Assembly (NCBI GenBank): GCA_951406725.2
Contig: OX597838.1
Span: forward strand, 33,356,001-33,420,000
DNA from: Octopus vulgaris
Lineage: Eukaryota
Direction: 5' to 3'
DNA: 64,000 nt
The position numbers were made by a program, and so were the translations under genes. Under the pieces are notes generated by a model that was not told the origin of the DNA, made no database searches, and saw only the letters and a program-made list of their open reading frames with translations. Of the stretch, positions 10,895 to 23,389 are shown in pieces; position 1 is the stretch's first letter; every line of letters begins with the position of its first letter.

Positions 10895-11420
10895 CGAAGG
10901 TGAGTTAAAAAGCAATACCATTTTCTTTAAGACAGGTATAATTACCATCACAGGAACATTATCATACATCAAAATGAAACCGGTCCTCTGTGGATCACAT
11001 CCCTACTTCTCAACATAGTCACCATTTCTCTCAATAGCAATGTTCCACCTTCGAATGAGAGCATGTATCCCTGTCCTGTAAAATTCTGTTGACTGTTCTT
11101 CTTCACAGTTTTCACATCTTCGTCACAGGACTATCATCTCTTCGGCCCCATGAAAGAGGCAAACATTATTCTAGTGACGAGGAAGTGAAAGCGGTAGTGA
11201 AGAAGTGGCTCAAAGAACAGTCAACAGAATTTTATGGGGGCAGAGATACATGCTCTCATTCGAAGGTGGAACATTGCTATTGAGAGAAATGGTGACTATG
11301 TTGAGAAGTATGGATGTGATCCACAGAGGACCAGCTTCATTTTGATGTATGATACATGTTCCTGTGGTGGTGATTATACCTGTCCTAAACAAAATGGCAT
11401 TACTTTTTGACTCACCCTCG
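10895..11420. mobile_element. Palindromic mariner MITE, copy 2
   Basis: Same TIRs and TA TSD, same site in the unit. Confidence 0.9.
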
Positions 11421-11569
11421 TATTTACAATTCAGAACGTGATTTTAGCATATTCGAACTAGTGTTAACATTGCATTTTTAATTTTTCGATCTCAACCTGA
11501 TACGAAGTCATAATCACATATACAATACTTGACATTCTCGAACGTGGCTGTGGAGTGAGAAGCTTGCTT

Positions 11570-13227
11570 CCGCACATGCGCTGTAAGTCGGTTTCTTCCA
11601 GTTGAACTAGAGTGGACGTAGGCTTGTTAGCTCCGTCCAATTACAAGAAAAAAGAACAAAAACAGAGAAGGTTGTCGAGTCAAGTGATTTTGTTTTATCT
11701 GAGCTGGGTGTAATTTGTTATATTGTAATTTTCTGTTAACAAATTTCGCCCATCGCTGGGACAATTTCGCCTGCTCTCGGCGGCTGCTATTTTTGTATAT
11801 TGTGAATTTTTTGGATTCATTTTTTAAAAAGAAGTGGTGGGGCGTATCCTCGTCCGAATAGAACCTGTTACAGTTGCTGCTGCAGTTACCGTTGGCTGTA
11901 GCCAGTATTGTGTTTGGATTTATTGGATTTATTTTACCAATTACCGAAAAAAAAAAAGATTTATGCCAAGGACCCTATCCACATTAGGCCTGGAGTACCT
12001 GTTGGCCAGAAAATTGGATTTTTGCTGTGTGAATTGTTTTTCTATTTTTCGTCTATCTTTCCTGATTTTTTTCTTTCTTTTTGAACTGTTAATTTATTTT
12101 TTGGACTTACTTTGTTTTATTTTTTTACTGTTTCTATTAACTTTTTATGTACCTTATTTTATTATTTTTTTTTACATCCTCTTTGACCTTTGAACTTTCT
12201 TTAAACTTTTAAGACTTTCTTTTTTGCACATGGCAAAAATAAACGGTGCCGCTGCTTTGGAGTGGGAGGTGGTCCCACCCAAACAGTGGATTAAAGATCT
12301 TGAGAAGAGGACGGTGGTACTACGGACCTATTCTAGGTCGTGTGGTGCCATCGCCCTCTTCGACAAGAGCGTAATAGAGAGAGAGTTGGCAGACTACCTG
12401 CCAACTATAAAATTTATTTCACAAGGGACCAAATTTGCAACGGTGTGGTTGCTGTTTGGTACCCCCGAGGAAGCTGGCAGATTCCCTTGAGGGAAAAGAA
12501 ATTTTGTTCCTCCCCACTTATTGTGGGAGAAATATATGAAGAGCCTGGGTGTGCGGGCTGCCCCCGGGCACGGAGGCGGAATGGATCGAGAGGACCATCC
12601 GGCGAGGCCTGGGGGATAGCGGGCCCAGGCTATTGAGTGTGGGGATTGCTCCCGCGGTCGACTGGGAGGGGTCAAGGGCAACTTTGACCCTGTGGACCCC
12701 GGTGGCCGTGGGAGACATGATGCTTCCGGATTTCCTAAAAATGGCTGGGTACAGGTGCCCGGTGATATTTGAGGGATGCCCCCCCCCCAAGTGTCACCTG
12801 TGCCTGGAGCCTGGCCATATCGAGGGGAACTGTCCAGGGGGCCGTGGTAGGGCCCTAGAGCATGAGAAAGAGAAGGTACCCGCCGCCCCCTCATTGGAGG
12901 GGGAGACGGTGGAAGTGTGGAGGAAGTTGCCTCCACGAAAAGAAAAAGAAAGGTGAGTAACAATGGTTGCTCACCAAAGAATGTTCAGGCGGCGGAGGAG
13001 GGTAGCGACCCCCTGCGTCTGTCGACGCAGCCCCCTGCTCCCGCAGCCTCAAAAAGAAAGCGGAAAAAGAGGAGCAGAGGACGGTCGGCGGATGTTCCTG
13101 GGCCGCCGACGGAGCCGCAGGTGGGATGTGTGCCACCTGCCGATGGGGCTCCGCCAGTGGGAAGTGTGCCACTGATGGAGCAGTGTGAGGTCCCTTCCTT
13201 TGAAGAGGAAGTGTTTGTCCTCCTTTA

Positions 13228-13228
<1 letters not shown>
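11570..13228 (+). mobile_element. Tx1/L1-like retrotransposon family B: 5' UTR plus frameshifted ORF1 (ATG 12230) with CCHC zinc knuckle; no ORF2
   Basis: VIFEGCPPPKCHLCLEPGHIEGNC (CX2CX4HX4C at 12792-12833) followed by a basic/Pro-rich region; GC-rich ORF after a T-rich UTR. Confidence 0.75.
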
Positions 13229-13289
<61 letters not shown>

Positions 13290-13639
13290 ACACACACACA
13301 CACACATGCTTCTTTCAGCATCCATCGACTAAATCCACTCAGAAATCTCTGGACTGTCCGTGGTTACACTTGAAGACACTCGTCAAAGGTGCCATGCCGT
13401 GAATGAAAACCCAAAACTCTATGCTTGCGAGACAAAATTCCTACAACACGGCTGAGCTTGCAGTTTGTCCGAAACTAACAATTTCCCCTCACAGAAGTGT
13501 TGTCAGGAGAAGGATTTCTGAGAGTAATCCGTAATTCTTAAAGGCTGAAAGTTCCCTGTAATATCAAAGATAGCAGATCTTCTCCATGTTGGCAACTGGG
13601 ATACAACAAAATTCTATCAAAGGTACTAAAGATTTCCTT

Positions 13640-14017
13640 ATTTCTTTATTGCCCATAAGGGGCTAAACATAGAGGAGGACAAACAAGGACAGACAAAGGG
13701 ATTAAGTCGATTACATCGACACAGTGCGTAACTGGTACTTAATTTATCGACCCCGAAAGGATGAAAGGCAAAGTCGACCTCGGCGGAATTTGAACTCAGA
13801 ACGTAGCGACAGACGAAATACGGCTACGCATTTCGCCCGGCGTGCTAACGTTTCTGCCAGCTCGCCGCCGTATTAATAACTGGTACTTATTTAATCGACC
13901 CCGAAAGGATGAAAGGCAAAGTCGACCTCGGCGGAATTTGAACTCAGAACGTAACGGCAGACGAAATACTGCTAAGCATTTCGCCCGGCGTGCTAACGAT
14001 TCTGCCAGCTTGCCGCC
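13640..14017 (-). mobile_element. Dimeric family-2 SINE inserted at the U5 pseudogene 5' junction
   Basis: Two tandem heads; flanked by a ~21-bp duplication AAAGRTACTAAAGATTTCCTT. Confidence 0.85.
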
Positions 14018-14028
14018 TTAACTAAAGA

Positions 14029-14107
14029 TACTAAAGATTTCCTTGGGGAGGAACATTTTTAATGAGTCTATAGACTTATTTTTGTAAGCCCCTTCTAACT
14101 TGAGGCT
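14029..14107 (+). pseudogene. 5'-truncated U5 pseudogene (starts inside loop 1), Z-type 3' end
   Basis: TACTAAAGATTTCCTTGGGGAGGAAC...TTTTTGTAAGCCCCTTCTAACTTGAGGCT; hairpin disrupted. Confidence 0.88.
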
Positions 14108-14808
14108 GATAATTAAATTAACATCGGATTTTCGAAGACCTACAGGTGTCGTTAGCTGTTCCTCATCTTTTCAACTTGAAAGTAGTGATGGTTACTGTAA
14201 CTTTCACACCCGAGATTAGACAAATTTCGAAGGAGGTCGTGCTTATATCTATTCTATCTCCACTCCCAGCCATGACCTCTAGGTGATTGGATTATTTTAC
14301 GATGGAAGCCCGATTTGAACTCGTAACACTGTGTTTACAAATTGTCTTTCTTCAAATTTGTGGAATCATATTATTTGGTGAGTCTATACTCCCCTTTTTA
14401 AAAATGTTTGATTGTGATTTGAGAAAGATTTGGTTCCTATTTCTAGCAATTGAGCGACGGCCTAGAGCAGGCATCCGCAACTCTTTTCGAGGAAACGCAT
14501 TAATGTTTGCAAAAAAAAAGTGGTCCTATGAGCCGAGAAATTTTAGCAGCAGTTTCAAGGTGAAGGTCGATTATAAACGTCACTGATAGGTATAAATATA
14601 TCCAGTGTTATTTAATTAAAATCTAAATAATTGATTGATTATAATACATGAAAGAAAATGTTTATTATAATTCTACTAATTATTTATATATAACATATTC
14701 AAAATTTTCTTATCATAGAATTAATTATCTACATTAATTTACATTTTCTAATCAGTGTTTGTTTATTTAGATATTTTGCATAATAACAGGCGTGAAAGGT
14801 ATGCCGTT

Positions 14809-14932
14809 AACTCTGGTTTCTCCTCACCCCGAGCGGATAAATCTTTCGCCTTTTACTAAAGATTTCCGTGGGGAGGAACATTTTAATGAGTCTATAGACT
14901 TATTTTTGAAAGCCTCATCTAACCATGAGGCG
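14809..14932 (+). ncRNA. U5: U5 snRNA gene, class X
   Basis: Full U5 consensus with upstream blocks and 3' box. Confidence 0.96.
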
Positions 14933-15133
14933 ATAATTAAATTAACATCAGACTAATTAATATTGAGTCAATTGTGACCTCTTAACCATTTTACCTCGGG
15001 TTCAGTCCCACAACGTGTCTTCTATTGTGACTTCAGGCTGAACAAAGCTGTATGTGCTTGTCCCTAACCACTACTTTACAACAAATGTTGATTTGTTTAC
15101 ACCCCGTAACTTAGCAGTTCGGCCAAGGCACTG

Positions 15134-15172
15134 ATAGATTTATTTTTGAAAGCCTCATCTAACCATGAGGCG
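15134..15172 (+). pseudogene. U5 3' stub
   Basis: Only Sm site, hairpin and 3' box. Confidence 0.85.
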
Positions 15173-15381
15173 GTAATTAAATTAACATCAGACTAATAAA
15201 CAAAATAGACTCGAGGAATGGGCAGTAAATAGTACTTCCCATTTCTCGAAAAACTTGTATATACTGCAACCAACTCGCATTGAGCCTTCCTACAGTCGGG
15301 TTTTGTTGTAGCTCGATCGGTGGTGCCTGGGCTCAGACTAAAACTTTCTCTCACGTGTATGGATGACTTTTACTGTAAGTA

Positions 15382-15918
15382 CGAGGGTGAGTCAAAAAGT
15401 AATGCTCTATTGTTTAGGACAGGTATAATTACCAACACAGGAACATGTATAATACATCAAAATGAAGCCGGTCCTCTGTGGATCACATCCCTACTTCTCA
15501 ACATAGTCACCGTTTCTCTCAATAGCAATGTCCCACCTTCGAATGAGAGCATGTATTCCTACCCCGTAAAATTCCGTTGACTGTTCTTTGAGCCACTTTT
15601 TCACTTCCTCTTCACTGGACTATCGTCTCTTCGGCCCCATGAAAGAGGGTTTGAGAGGCAAACATTATTCTAGCGACGAGGAAGTGAAAGCGGTAGTGAA
15701 GAGGTGGCTCAAAGAACAGTCAACAGAATTTTATGGGGCAGGGATACATGCTCTCATTCGAAGGTGGAACATTGCTATTGAGAGAAACAGTGACTATGTT
15801 GAGTAGTAGGGATGTGATCCACAGAGGACCGGCTTCATTTTGATGTATGATACACATTCCTGTGTTGGTGATTATACCAGTCCTAAACAAACTGGCATTA
15901 CTTTTTGACTCACCCTCG
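15382..15918. mobile_element. Palindromic mariner MITE, copy 3
   Basis: TIRs and TA TSD; ORF 15588-15806 matches the mariner C-terminus. Confidence 0.9.
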
Positions 15919-16067
15919 TATTTACAAGTCAGAACGTGCTTTTAGCATATTCGAACTAGTGTTAACATTGCATTTTTAATTTATCGATCTCAACCTGATA
16001 CGAAGTCATAATCACATATACAATACTTGACATTCTCGGACGTGGCTGTGGAGTGAGAAGCTTGCTT

Positions 16068-16624
16068 CTCCGCGCATGCGTTGGTCAGTGTCTTTTTTTT
16101 TTTCTTTTGCACTGCTAGGAGTCACAACACCAACGTCGTAGGTCATTTGTTTTTTTGGAGGGATTCAGTGGGATGTTTGTTGCTCGTGTTTAATTATTTG
16201 GTCGAATAAGAAATCTCCACTGAGTCCCGGGCATTTGTCTGCCTGTAGTTGTGTTTAAAGTCTCACTTACAGGTGAGAAGTGTGTTTTGAGCGCATATCC
16301 TTCCTCCTATAATTGTGCTTATTTTTACCAATTTTTGGTGAAATTGTTTTGTGCCCTGGATTACCGAATTGGTCAGGGGTACCAGGACAGCCAGAAGAAT
16401 AGTTTGCTGTGTTTTTAAACTGTTTCTTGTCTTCTTCATTCCTTCCTGCATCTTTGTTTTTTTGAACTCTGTGAACTTTTGTTTTTCTGTAAAAAAATGG
16501 CAAAAATGAACAACACTGCGTTGGAGTGGGAGATTGTCCCACCCAAACAGTGGATGAAAGACTTTGAAGTGAAGACGGTGGTGTTAAGGACTTACTCAAA
16601 GTAACTAGACACCATCGCCCTCTT
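16068..16624 (+). mobile_element. Tx1/L1-like family A 5' fragment, copy 2 (ATG 16497)
   Basis: Near-identical to 8311-8868. Confidence 0.65.
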
Positions 16625-17060
16625 TTTAGACTTCGAGGGACTTTGTTCGATAGCATTCCCCACATTTTGGCAGTTCTCCTCACTACGAGACGCTCGAGGT
16701 CACCTAGGGATATTTTTCTTCTCAGTATCACCTGTCACACAGAAATTTGTAACAGCCCGCAGGATCACTTTCGGAGAAGGTGCCTATCACTTTCCAAAAT
16801 GCTGTCGGAATTTTCTTTGGGCTGCAACGATGGATCTTTGGCTGGTGAAGTATGCTTTGACCACGTATGCAATTTCTTTTGGAGTCCACAACATTATGAG
16901 GGTCACCATAATCAAATACCTGTACAAAAAATAGTAAAATCTTAGATATGTTGAACTCCTGTATATCAGTCATGTAATGAATATATTTCGTTCTCTATGT
17001 CATTTTTTCAATCCAAGATACTAACATTTAAAATGTGCCCCGTCATTATGGCCCATCCTG
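16623..17060 (-). mobile_element. Tc1/mariner 5' fragment, copy 2
   Basis: Near-identical to 8867-9304. Confidence 0.75.
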
Positions 17061-17116
17061 CATGGCTACAGTCCAATGACTGAAACAAGTAAAACATAAA
17101 ACGTGACAGATTTGCT

Positions 17117-17242
17117 ATGCCTCTGGTTTCTCCTCACCCCGAGCGGATAAATCTTTCGCCTTTTACTAAAGATTTCCGTTGGGAGGAACATTTTAATGAG
17201 TCTATAGACTTATTTTTGTAAGCCTCATCTAACCTTGAGGCT
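17117..17242 (+). ncRNA. U5: U5 snRNA copy, class Z, promoterless, G>T breaks a stem Ib pair
   Basis: Full body; CCGTTGGGAGG variant. Confidence 0.85.
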
Positions 17243-17821
17243 GATAATTAAATTAACATCAGACTAATTAACTTGGTTTCACAAACTACGGGTCCCTGGG
17301 CCCTCCAACACCGTGTTATCTCTAAACTTACTTTTCTGAGTTTCATCTAACTATAAAGACATTGAGATAACTGCAGGTCTCGTGTGTGTGTTACGTTTAT
17401 CGCTATAAATTTTTTAACGGTTGTGATTTGGGGAAGATTTCGTTGCTATTTCTAGCAATTCAGAGACTGTCTAGAGCAGGCATCGGCAACCATTTTCGAG
17501 AAACGCTTTGATGCTTACAAAAATGTTTAAAAACGTGGTCTTGTGAGCCGAGAAATTTTAGCAGCAGTTTCAAGGTCAAGGTCGATTATAAACATCACTG
17601 ATAGGTACAAATATATCCAGTTTTATTTAGTCAAACCTTAATATTTAATGAGTAACACATCGAATAAAATATTTATTATAATCTACTAGTTATTTATATA
17701 TAAAGATATTTAAAATTTGTTGATCATGAAATTAATTACCTATATTGATTTATATCTTCTAATCAGTGTTTGTTTAGTCAGATATTTTGTATAATATTGA
17801 ATGTCAAAATGTGTGTCAGTT

Positions 17822-17945
17822 AACTCTGGTTTCTCCTCACCCCGAGCGGATAAATCTTTCGCCTTTTACTAAAGATTTCCGTGGGGAGGAACATTTTAAT
17901 GAGTCTATAGACTTATTTTTGAAAGTCTCATCTAACCATGAGGCG
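17822..17945 (+). ncRNA. U5: U5 snRNA gene, class Y
   Basis: Same sequence as the 10066 copy. Confidence 0.96.
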
Positions 17946-18650
17946 ATAATTAAATTAATATCAGACTAATAAACAAAATAAATTCGAGGAATGGGCAGTA
18001 AATAGTACTTCCCATTTCTCGAAAAACTGTTGTATATACTGCAACGAACTCGCATTGTGCCTTTCTACAGTCGGGTTTTGTTGTTGCTCGATCGGTTGTG
18101 CCTGGGCTCAGACAAAATCTTCCTCTCACGTGTACGGATGACCTTTGCTGCTTTGGGTTAAATCAAACCGTAATATTAGACAATGGATAAATCTTGATTT
18201 GTAATTTCTCATATAAAATTATACTGAACAGAAATTATATGGTCAGCCAAACTAGCTTCAGTGGAAGCGCAATGGCCCAGTGGTTAGGGCAAGCGGACTC
18301 GTGGTTTCGATTCCCAGACTGGGCGTTGTGTGTGTTTATTGAGCGAAAACTCCGTCAAGGGTGGTGGCGACCCCTGTTGTACTCTTTCGCCACACCTTTC
18401 TCTCACTCTTTCTTCCTGTTTCTTGAGTAACGCCGCGATGGACAGGCGTCCCGTCCAGTTGGGGGGGAACACATACGCCACAGAAACCGGGCCCATGAGC
18501 CTGGCTAGGCTTGAAAAGGGCGCATAAATTTTTAAAAAAACTAGCTTCTACTTCCATTGTGTGGGTGATAATTTAGTTTATTGGGGTGAGTTCGTTAAGC
18601 GGTGATAAATAAAAATGCGACGTTAATATCAGTTCGAATGTGCTTAAGTA

Positions 18651-19173
18651 CGAAGGTGAGTTAAAAAGCAATACCATTTTCTTTAAGACAGGTATAATTA
18701 CCATCACAGGAACATTATCATACATCAAAATGAAACCTCTGTGGATCACATCCCTACTTCTCAACATAGTCACCATTTCTCTCAATAGCAATGTTCCACC
18801 TTCGAATGAGAGCATGTATCCCTGTCCCGTAAAATTCTGTTGACTGTTCTTCTTCACAGTTTTCACTTCTTCGTCACTGGACTATCATCTCTTCGGCCCC
18901 ATGAAAAAGAGGCAAACATTATTCTAGTGACGAGGAAGTGAAAGCGGTAGTGAAGAAGTGGCTCAAAGAACAGTCAACAGAATTTTATGGGGGCAGAGAT
19001 ACATGCTCTCATTCGAAGGTGGAACATTGCTATTGAGAGAAATGGTGACTATGTTGAGAAGTATGGATGTGATCCACAGAGGACCAGCTTCATTTTGATG
19101 TATGATACATGTTCCTGTGGTGGTGATTATACCTGTCCTAAACAAAATGGCATTACTTTTTGACTCACCCTCG
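18651..19173. mobile_element. Palindromic mariner MITE, copy 4
   Basis: TIRs and TA TSD. Confidence 0.9.
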
Positions 19174-19322
19174 TATTTACAATTCAGAACGTGATTTTAG
19201 CATATTCGAACTAGTGTTAACATTGCATTTTTAATTTTTCGATCTCAACCTGATACGAAGTCATAATCACATATACAATACTTGACATTCTCGAACGTGG
19301 CTGTGGAGTGAGAAGCTTGCTT

Positions 19323-20984
19323 TCCGCACATGCGCTGTAAGTCGGTTTCTTCCAGTTGAACTAGAGTGGACGTAGGCTTGTTAGCTCCGTCCAATTACAA
19401 GAAAAAAAGAACAAAAACAGAGAAGGTTGTCGAGTCAAGTGATTTTGTTTTATCTGAGCTGGGTGTAATTTGTTATATTGTAATTTTCTGTTAACAAATT
19501 TCGCCCATCGCTGGGACAATTTCGCCTGCTCTCGGCGACTGCTATTTTTATATATTGTGAATTTTTTGGATTCATTTTTTAAAAAGAAGTGGTGGGGCGT
19601 ATCCTCGCCCGAATAGAACCTGTTACAGTTGCTGTTGCAGTTACCGTTGGCTGTAGCCAGTATTGTGTTTGGATTTATTGGATTTATTTTACCAATTACC
19701 GAAAAAAAAAAAGATTTATGCCAAGGACCCTATCCACATTAGGCCTGGAGTACCTGTTGGCCAGAAAATTGGATTTTTGCTGTGTGAATTGTTTTTCTAT
19801 TTTTCGTCTATCTTTCCTGATTTTTTTCTTTCTTTTTGAACTGTTAATTTATTTTTTGGACTTACTTTGTTTTATTTTTTTACTGTTTCTATTAACTTTT
19901 TATGTACCTTATTTTATTATTTTTTTTTTTTACATCCTCTTTGACCTTTGAACTTTCTTTAAACTTTTAAGACTTTCTTTTTTGCACATGGCAAAAATAA
20001 ACGGTGCCGCTGCTTTGGAGTGGGAGGTGGTCCCACCCAAACAGTGGATTAAAGATCTTGAGAAGAGGACGGTGGTACTACGGACCTATTCTAGGTCGTG
20101 TGGTGCCATCGCCCTCTTCGACAAGAGCGTAATAGAGAGAGAGTTGGCAGACTACCTGCCAACTATAAAATTTATTTCACAAGGGACCAAATTTGCAACG
20201 GTGTGGTTGCTGTTTGGTACCCCCGAGAAGCTGGCAGATTCCCTTGAGGGAAAAGAAATTTTGTTCCTCCCCACTTATTGTGGGAGAAAGATATGAAGAG
20301 CCTGGGTGTGCGGGCTGCCCCCGGGCACGGAGGCGGAATGGATCGAGAGGACCATCCGGCGAGGCCTGGGGGATAGCGGGCCCAGGCTATTGAGTGTGGG
20401 GATTGCTCCCGCGGTCGACTGGGAGGGGTCAAGGGCAACTTTGACCCTGTGGACCCCGGTGGCCGTGGGAGACATGATGTTTCCGGATTTCCTAAAAATG
20501 GCTGGGTACAGGTGCCCGGTGATATTTGAGGGATGCCCCCCCCCCAAGTGTCACCTGTGCCTGGAGCCTGGCCATATCGAGGGGAACTGTCCAGGGGGCC
20601 GTGGTAGGGCCCTAGAGCATGAGAAAGAGAAGGTACCCGCCGCCCCCTCATTGGAGGGGGAGACGGTGGAAGTGTGGAGGAAGTTGCCTCCACGAAAAGA
20701 AAAAGAAAGGTGAGTAACAATGGTTGCTCACCAAAGAATGTTCAGGCGGCGGAGGAGGGTAGCGACCCCCTGCGTCTGTCGACGCAGCCCCCTGCTCCCG
20801 CAGCCTCAAAAAGAAAGCGGAAAAAGAGGAGCAGAGGACGGTCGGCGGATGTTCCTGGGTCGCCGACGGAACCGCAGGTGGGATGTGTGCCACCTGTGGA
20901 TGGGGCTCCGCCAGTGGGAAGTGTGCCACTGACGGAGCAGTGTGAGGGCCCTTCCTGTGAAGAGGAGGTGTTTGTCCTCCTTTA

Positions 20985-20986
<2 letters not shown>
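19323..20986 (+). mobile_element. Tx1/L1-like family B 5' UTR plus ORF1, copy 2 (ATG 19988)
   Basis: Near-identical to 11570-13228; same CCHC knuckle. Confidence 0.75.
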
Positions 20987-21055
<69 letters not shown>

Positions 21056-21386
21056 CTTCTTTCAGCATCCATCGACTAAATCCACTCAGAAATCTCTGGA
21101 CTGTCCGTGGTTACACTTGAAGACACTCGTCGAAGGTGCCATGCCGTGAATGAAAACCCAAAACTCTATGCTTGCGAGACAAAATTCCTACAACACGGCT
21201 GAGCTTGCAGTTTGTCCGAAACTAACAATTTCCCCTCACAGAAGTGTTGTCAGGAGAAGGATTTCTGAGAGTAATCCGTAATTCTTAAAGGCTGAAAGTT
21301 CCCTGTAATATCAAAGATAGCAGATCTTCTCCATGTTGGCAACTGGGATACAACAAAATTCTATCAAAGGTACTAAAGATTTCCTT

Positions 21387-21765
21387 ATTTCTTTATTGCC
21401 CATAAGGGGCTAAACATAGAGGAGGACAAACAAGGACAGACAAAGGGATTAAGTCGATTACATCGACCACAGTGCGTAACTGGTACTTAATTTATCGACC
21501 CCGAAAGGATGAAAGGCAACGTCGACCTCGGCGGAATTTGAACTCAGAACGTAACGGCAGACGAAATACTGCTAAGCATTTCGCCCGGCGTGCTAACGAT
21601 TCTGCCAGCTCGCCGCCGTATTAATAACTGGTACTTATTTAATCGACCCCGAAAGGATGAAAGGCAAAGTCGACCTCGGCGGAATTTGAACTCAGAACGT
21701 AACGGCAGACGAAATACTGCTAAGCATTTCACCCGGCGTGCTAACGATTCTGCCAGCTTGCCGCC
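21387..21765 (-). mobile_element. Dimeric family-2 SINE, copy 2
   Basis: As 13640-14017. Confidence 0.85.
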
Positions 21766-21776
21766 TTAACTAAAGA

Positions 21777-21855
21777 TACTAAAGATTTCCTTGGGGAGGA
21801 ACATTTTTAATGAGTCTATAGACTTATTTTTGTAAGCCCCTTCTAACTTGAGGCT
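21777..21855 (+). pseudogene. 5'-truncated U5 pseudogene, copy 2
   Basis: As 14029. Confidence 0.88.
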
Positions 21856-22567
21856 GATAATTAAATTAACATCGGATTTTCGAAGACCTACAGTTGTCGT
21901 TAGCTGTTCCTCATCTTTTCAACTTGAAAGTAGTGATGGTTACTGTAACTTTCACACCCGAGATTAGACAAATTTCGGAGGAGGTCGTGCTTATATCTAT
22001 TCTATCTCCACTCCCAGCCATGACCTCTAGGTGATTGGATTATTTTACGATGGAAGCCCGATTTGAACTCGTAACACTGTGTTTACAAATTGTCTTTCTT
22101 CAAATTTGTGGAATCATATTATTTGGTGAGTCTATACTCCCCTTTTTAAAAATGTTTGATTGTGATTTGAGAAAGATTTGGTTCCTATTTCTAGCAATTG
22201 AGCGACGGCCTAGAGCAGGCATCCGCAACTCTTTTCGAGGAAACGCATTGATGTTTGCAAAAAAAAAAAAAAAAAAAATGGTCCTGTGAGCCGAGAAATT
22301 TTAGCAGCAGTTTCAAGGTGAAGGTCGATTATAAACGTCACTGATAGGTATAAATATATCCAGTTTTATTTAATTAAAATCTAATTAATTGATTGATTAT
22401 AATACATGGAAGAAAATATTTATTATAATTCTACTAATTATTTATATATAACATATTCAAAATTTTCTTATCATAGAATTAATTATCTACATTAATTTAC
22501 ATTTTCTAATCAGTGTTTGTTTATTTAGATATTTTGTATAATAACAGGCGTGACAGGTATGCCAGTT

Positions 22568-22691
22568 AACTCTGGTTTCTCCTCACTCCGAGCGGATAAA
22601 TCTTTCGCCTTTTACTAAAGATTTCCGTGGGGAGGAACATTTTAATGAGTCTATAGACTTATTTTTGAAAGCCTCATCTAACCATGAGGCG
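22568..22691 (+). ncRNA. U5: U5 snRNA gene, class X (C>T in internal loop 2)
   Basis: Full consensus, CACTCCGAG variant. Confidence 0.95.
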
Positions 22692-23389
22692 ATAATTAAA
22701 TTAATATCAGACTAATAAACAAAATAAATTCGAGGAATGGGCAGTAAATAGTACTACCCATTTCTCGAAAAACTTGTATATACTGCAACGAACTCGGACT
22801 GTGCCTTTCTACAGTCGAGTTTTGTTGTAGCTCGATCGGTTGTGCCTGGGCTCAGACTAAATCTTCCTCTCACGTGTATGGATGACCTTTGCTGCTTTGG
22901 GTTAAATCAAACCGTAATATTAGACAATGGATAAATCTTGATTTGTAATTTCTCATATAAAATTATACTGAACAGAAATTATATGGTCAGCCAAACTAGC
23001 TTCAGTGGAGGCACAAGGGCAAGCGGACTCGCGGTTTCGATTCCCAGACTGGGCGCTGTGTGTGTTTATTGAGCGAAAACACCTAAAGCTCCGGCAAGGA
23101 GTGGTGGCGACCCCTGCTGTACTCTTTCGCCCCAACTTTTTCTGACTCTCTCTTCCTGTTTCTTGAGTAACGCTGCGATGGACAGGTGTCCCGTCCAGTT
23201 AAGGGGGAACACATACGCCACAGAAACCGGGCCCATGAGCCTGGCTAGGCTTGAAAAGGGCGCATAAATAAATAAAAACCTAGCTTCTACTTCCATTGTG
23301 TGGGTGATAATTTAGCTTATTGGGGTGAGTGCGTTAAGCGGTGATAAATAAAAATGCGACGTTAATATCAGTTCGAATCTGCTTAAGTA

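Noticed and set aside
12230-13228. Host zinc-knuckle gene or active retrotransposon
   Set aside because: Frameshifted, truncated at (CA)n, and no endonuclease/RT ORF follows
14287-14586. 99-aa ORF repeated at 22035 and 24284
   Set aside because: Lies in the duplicated U5 upstream spacer, has a non-ATG start, and is frameshifted in one copy
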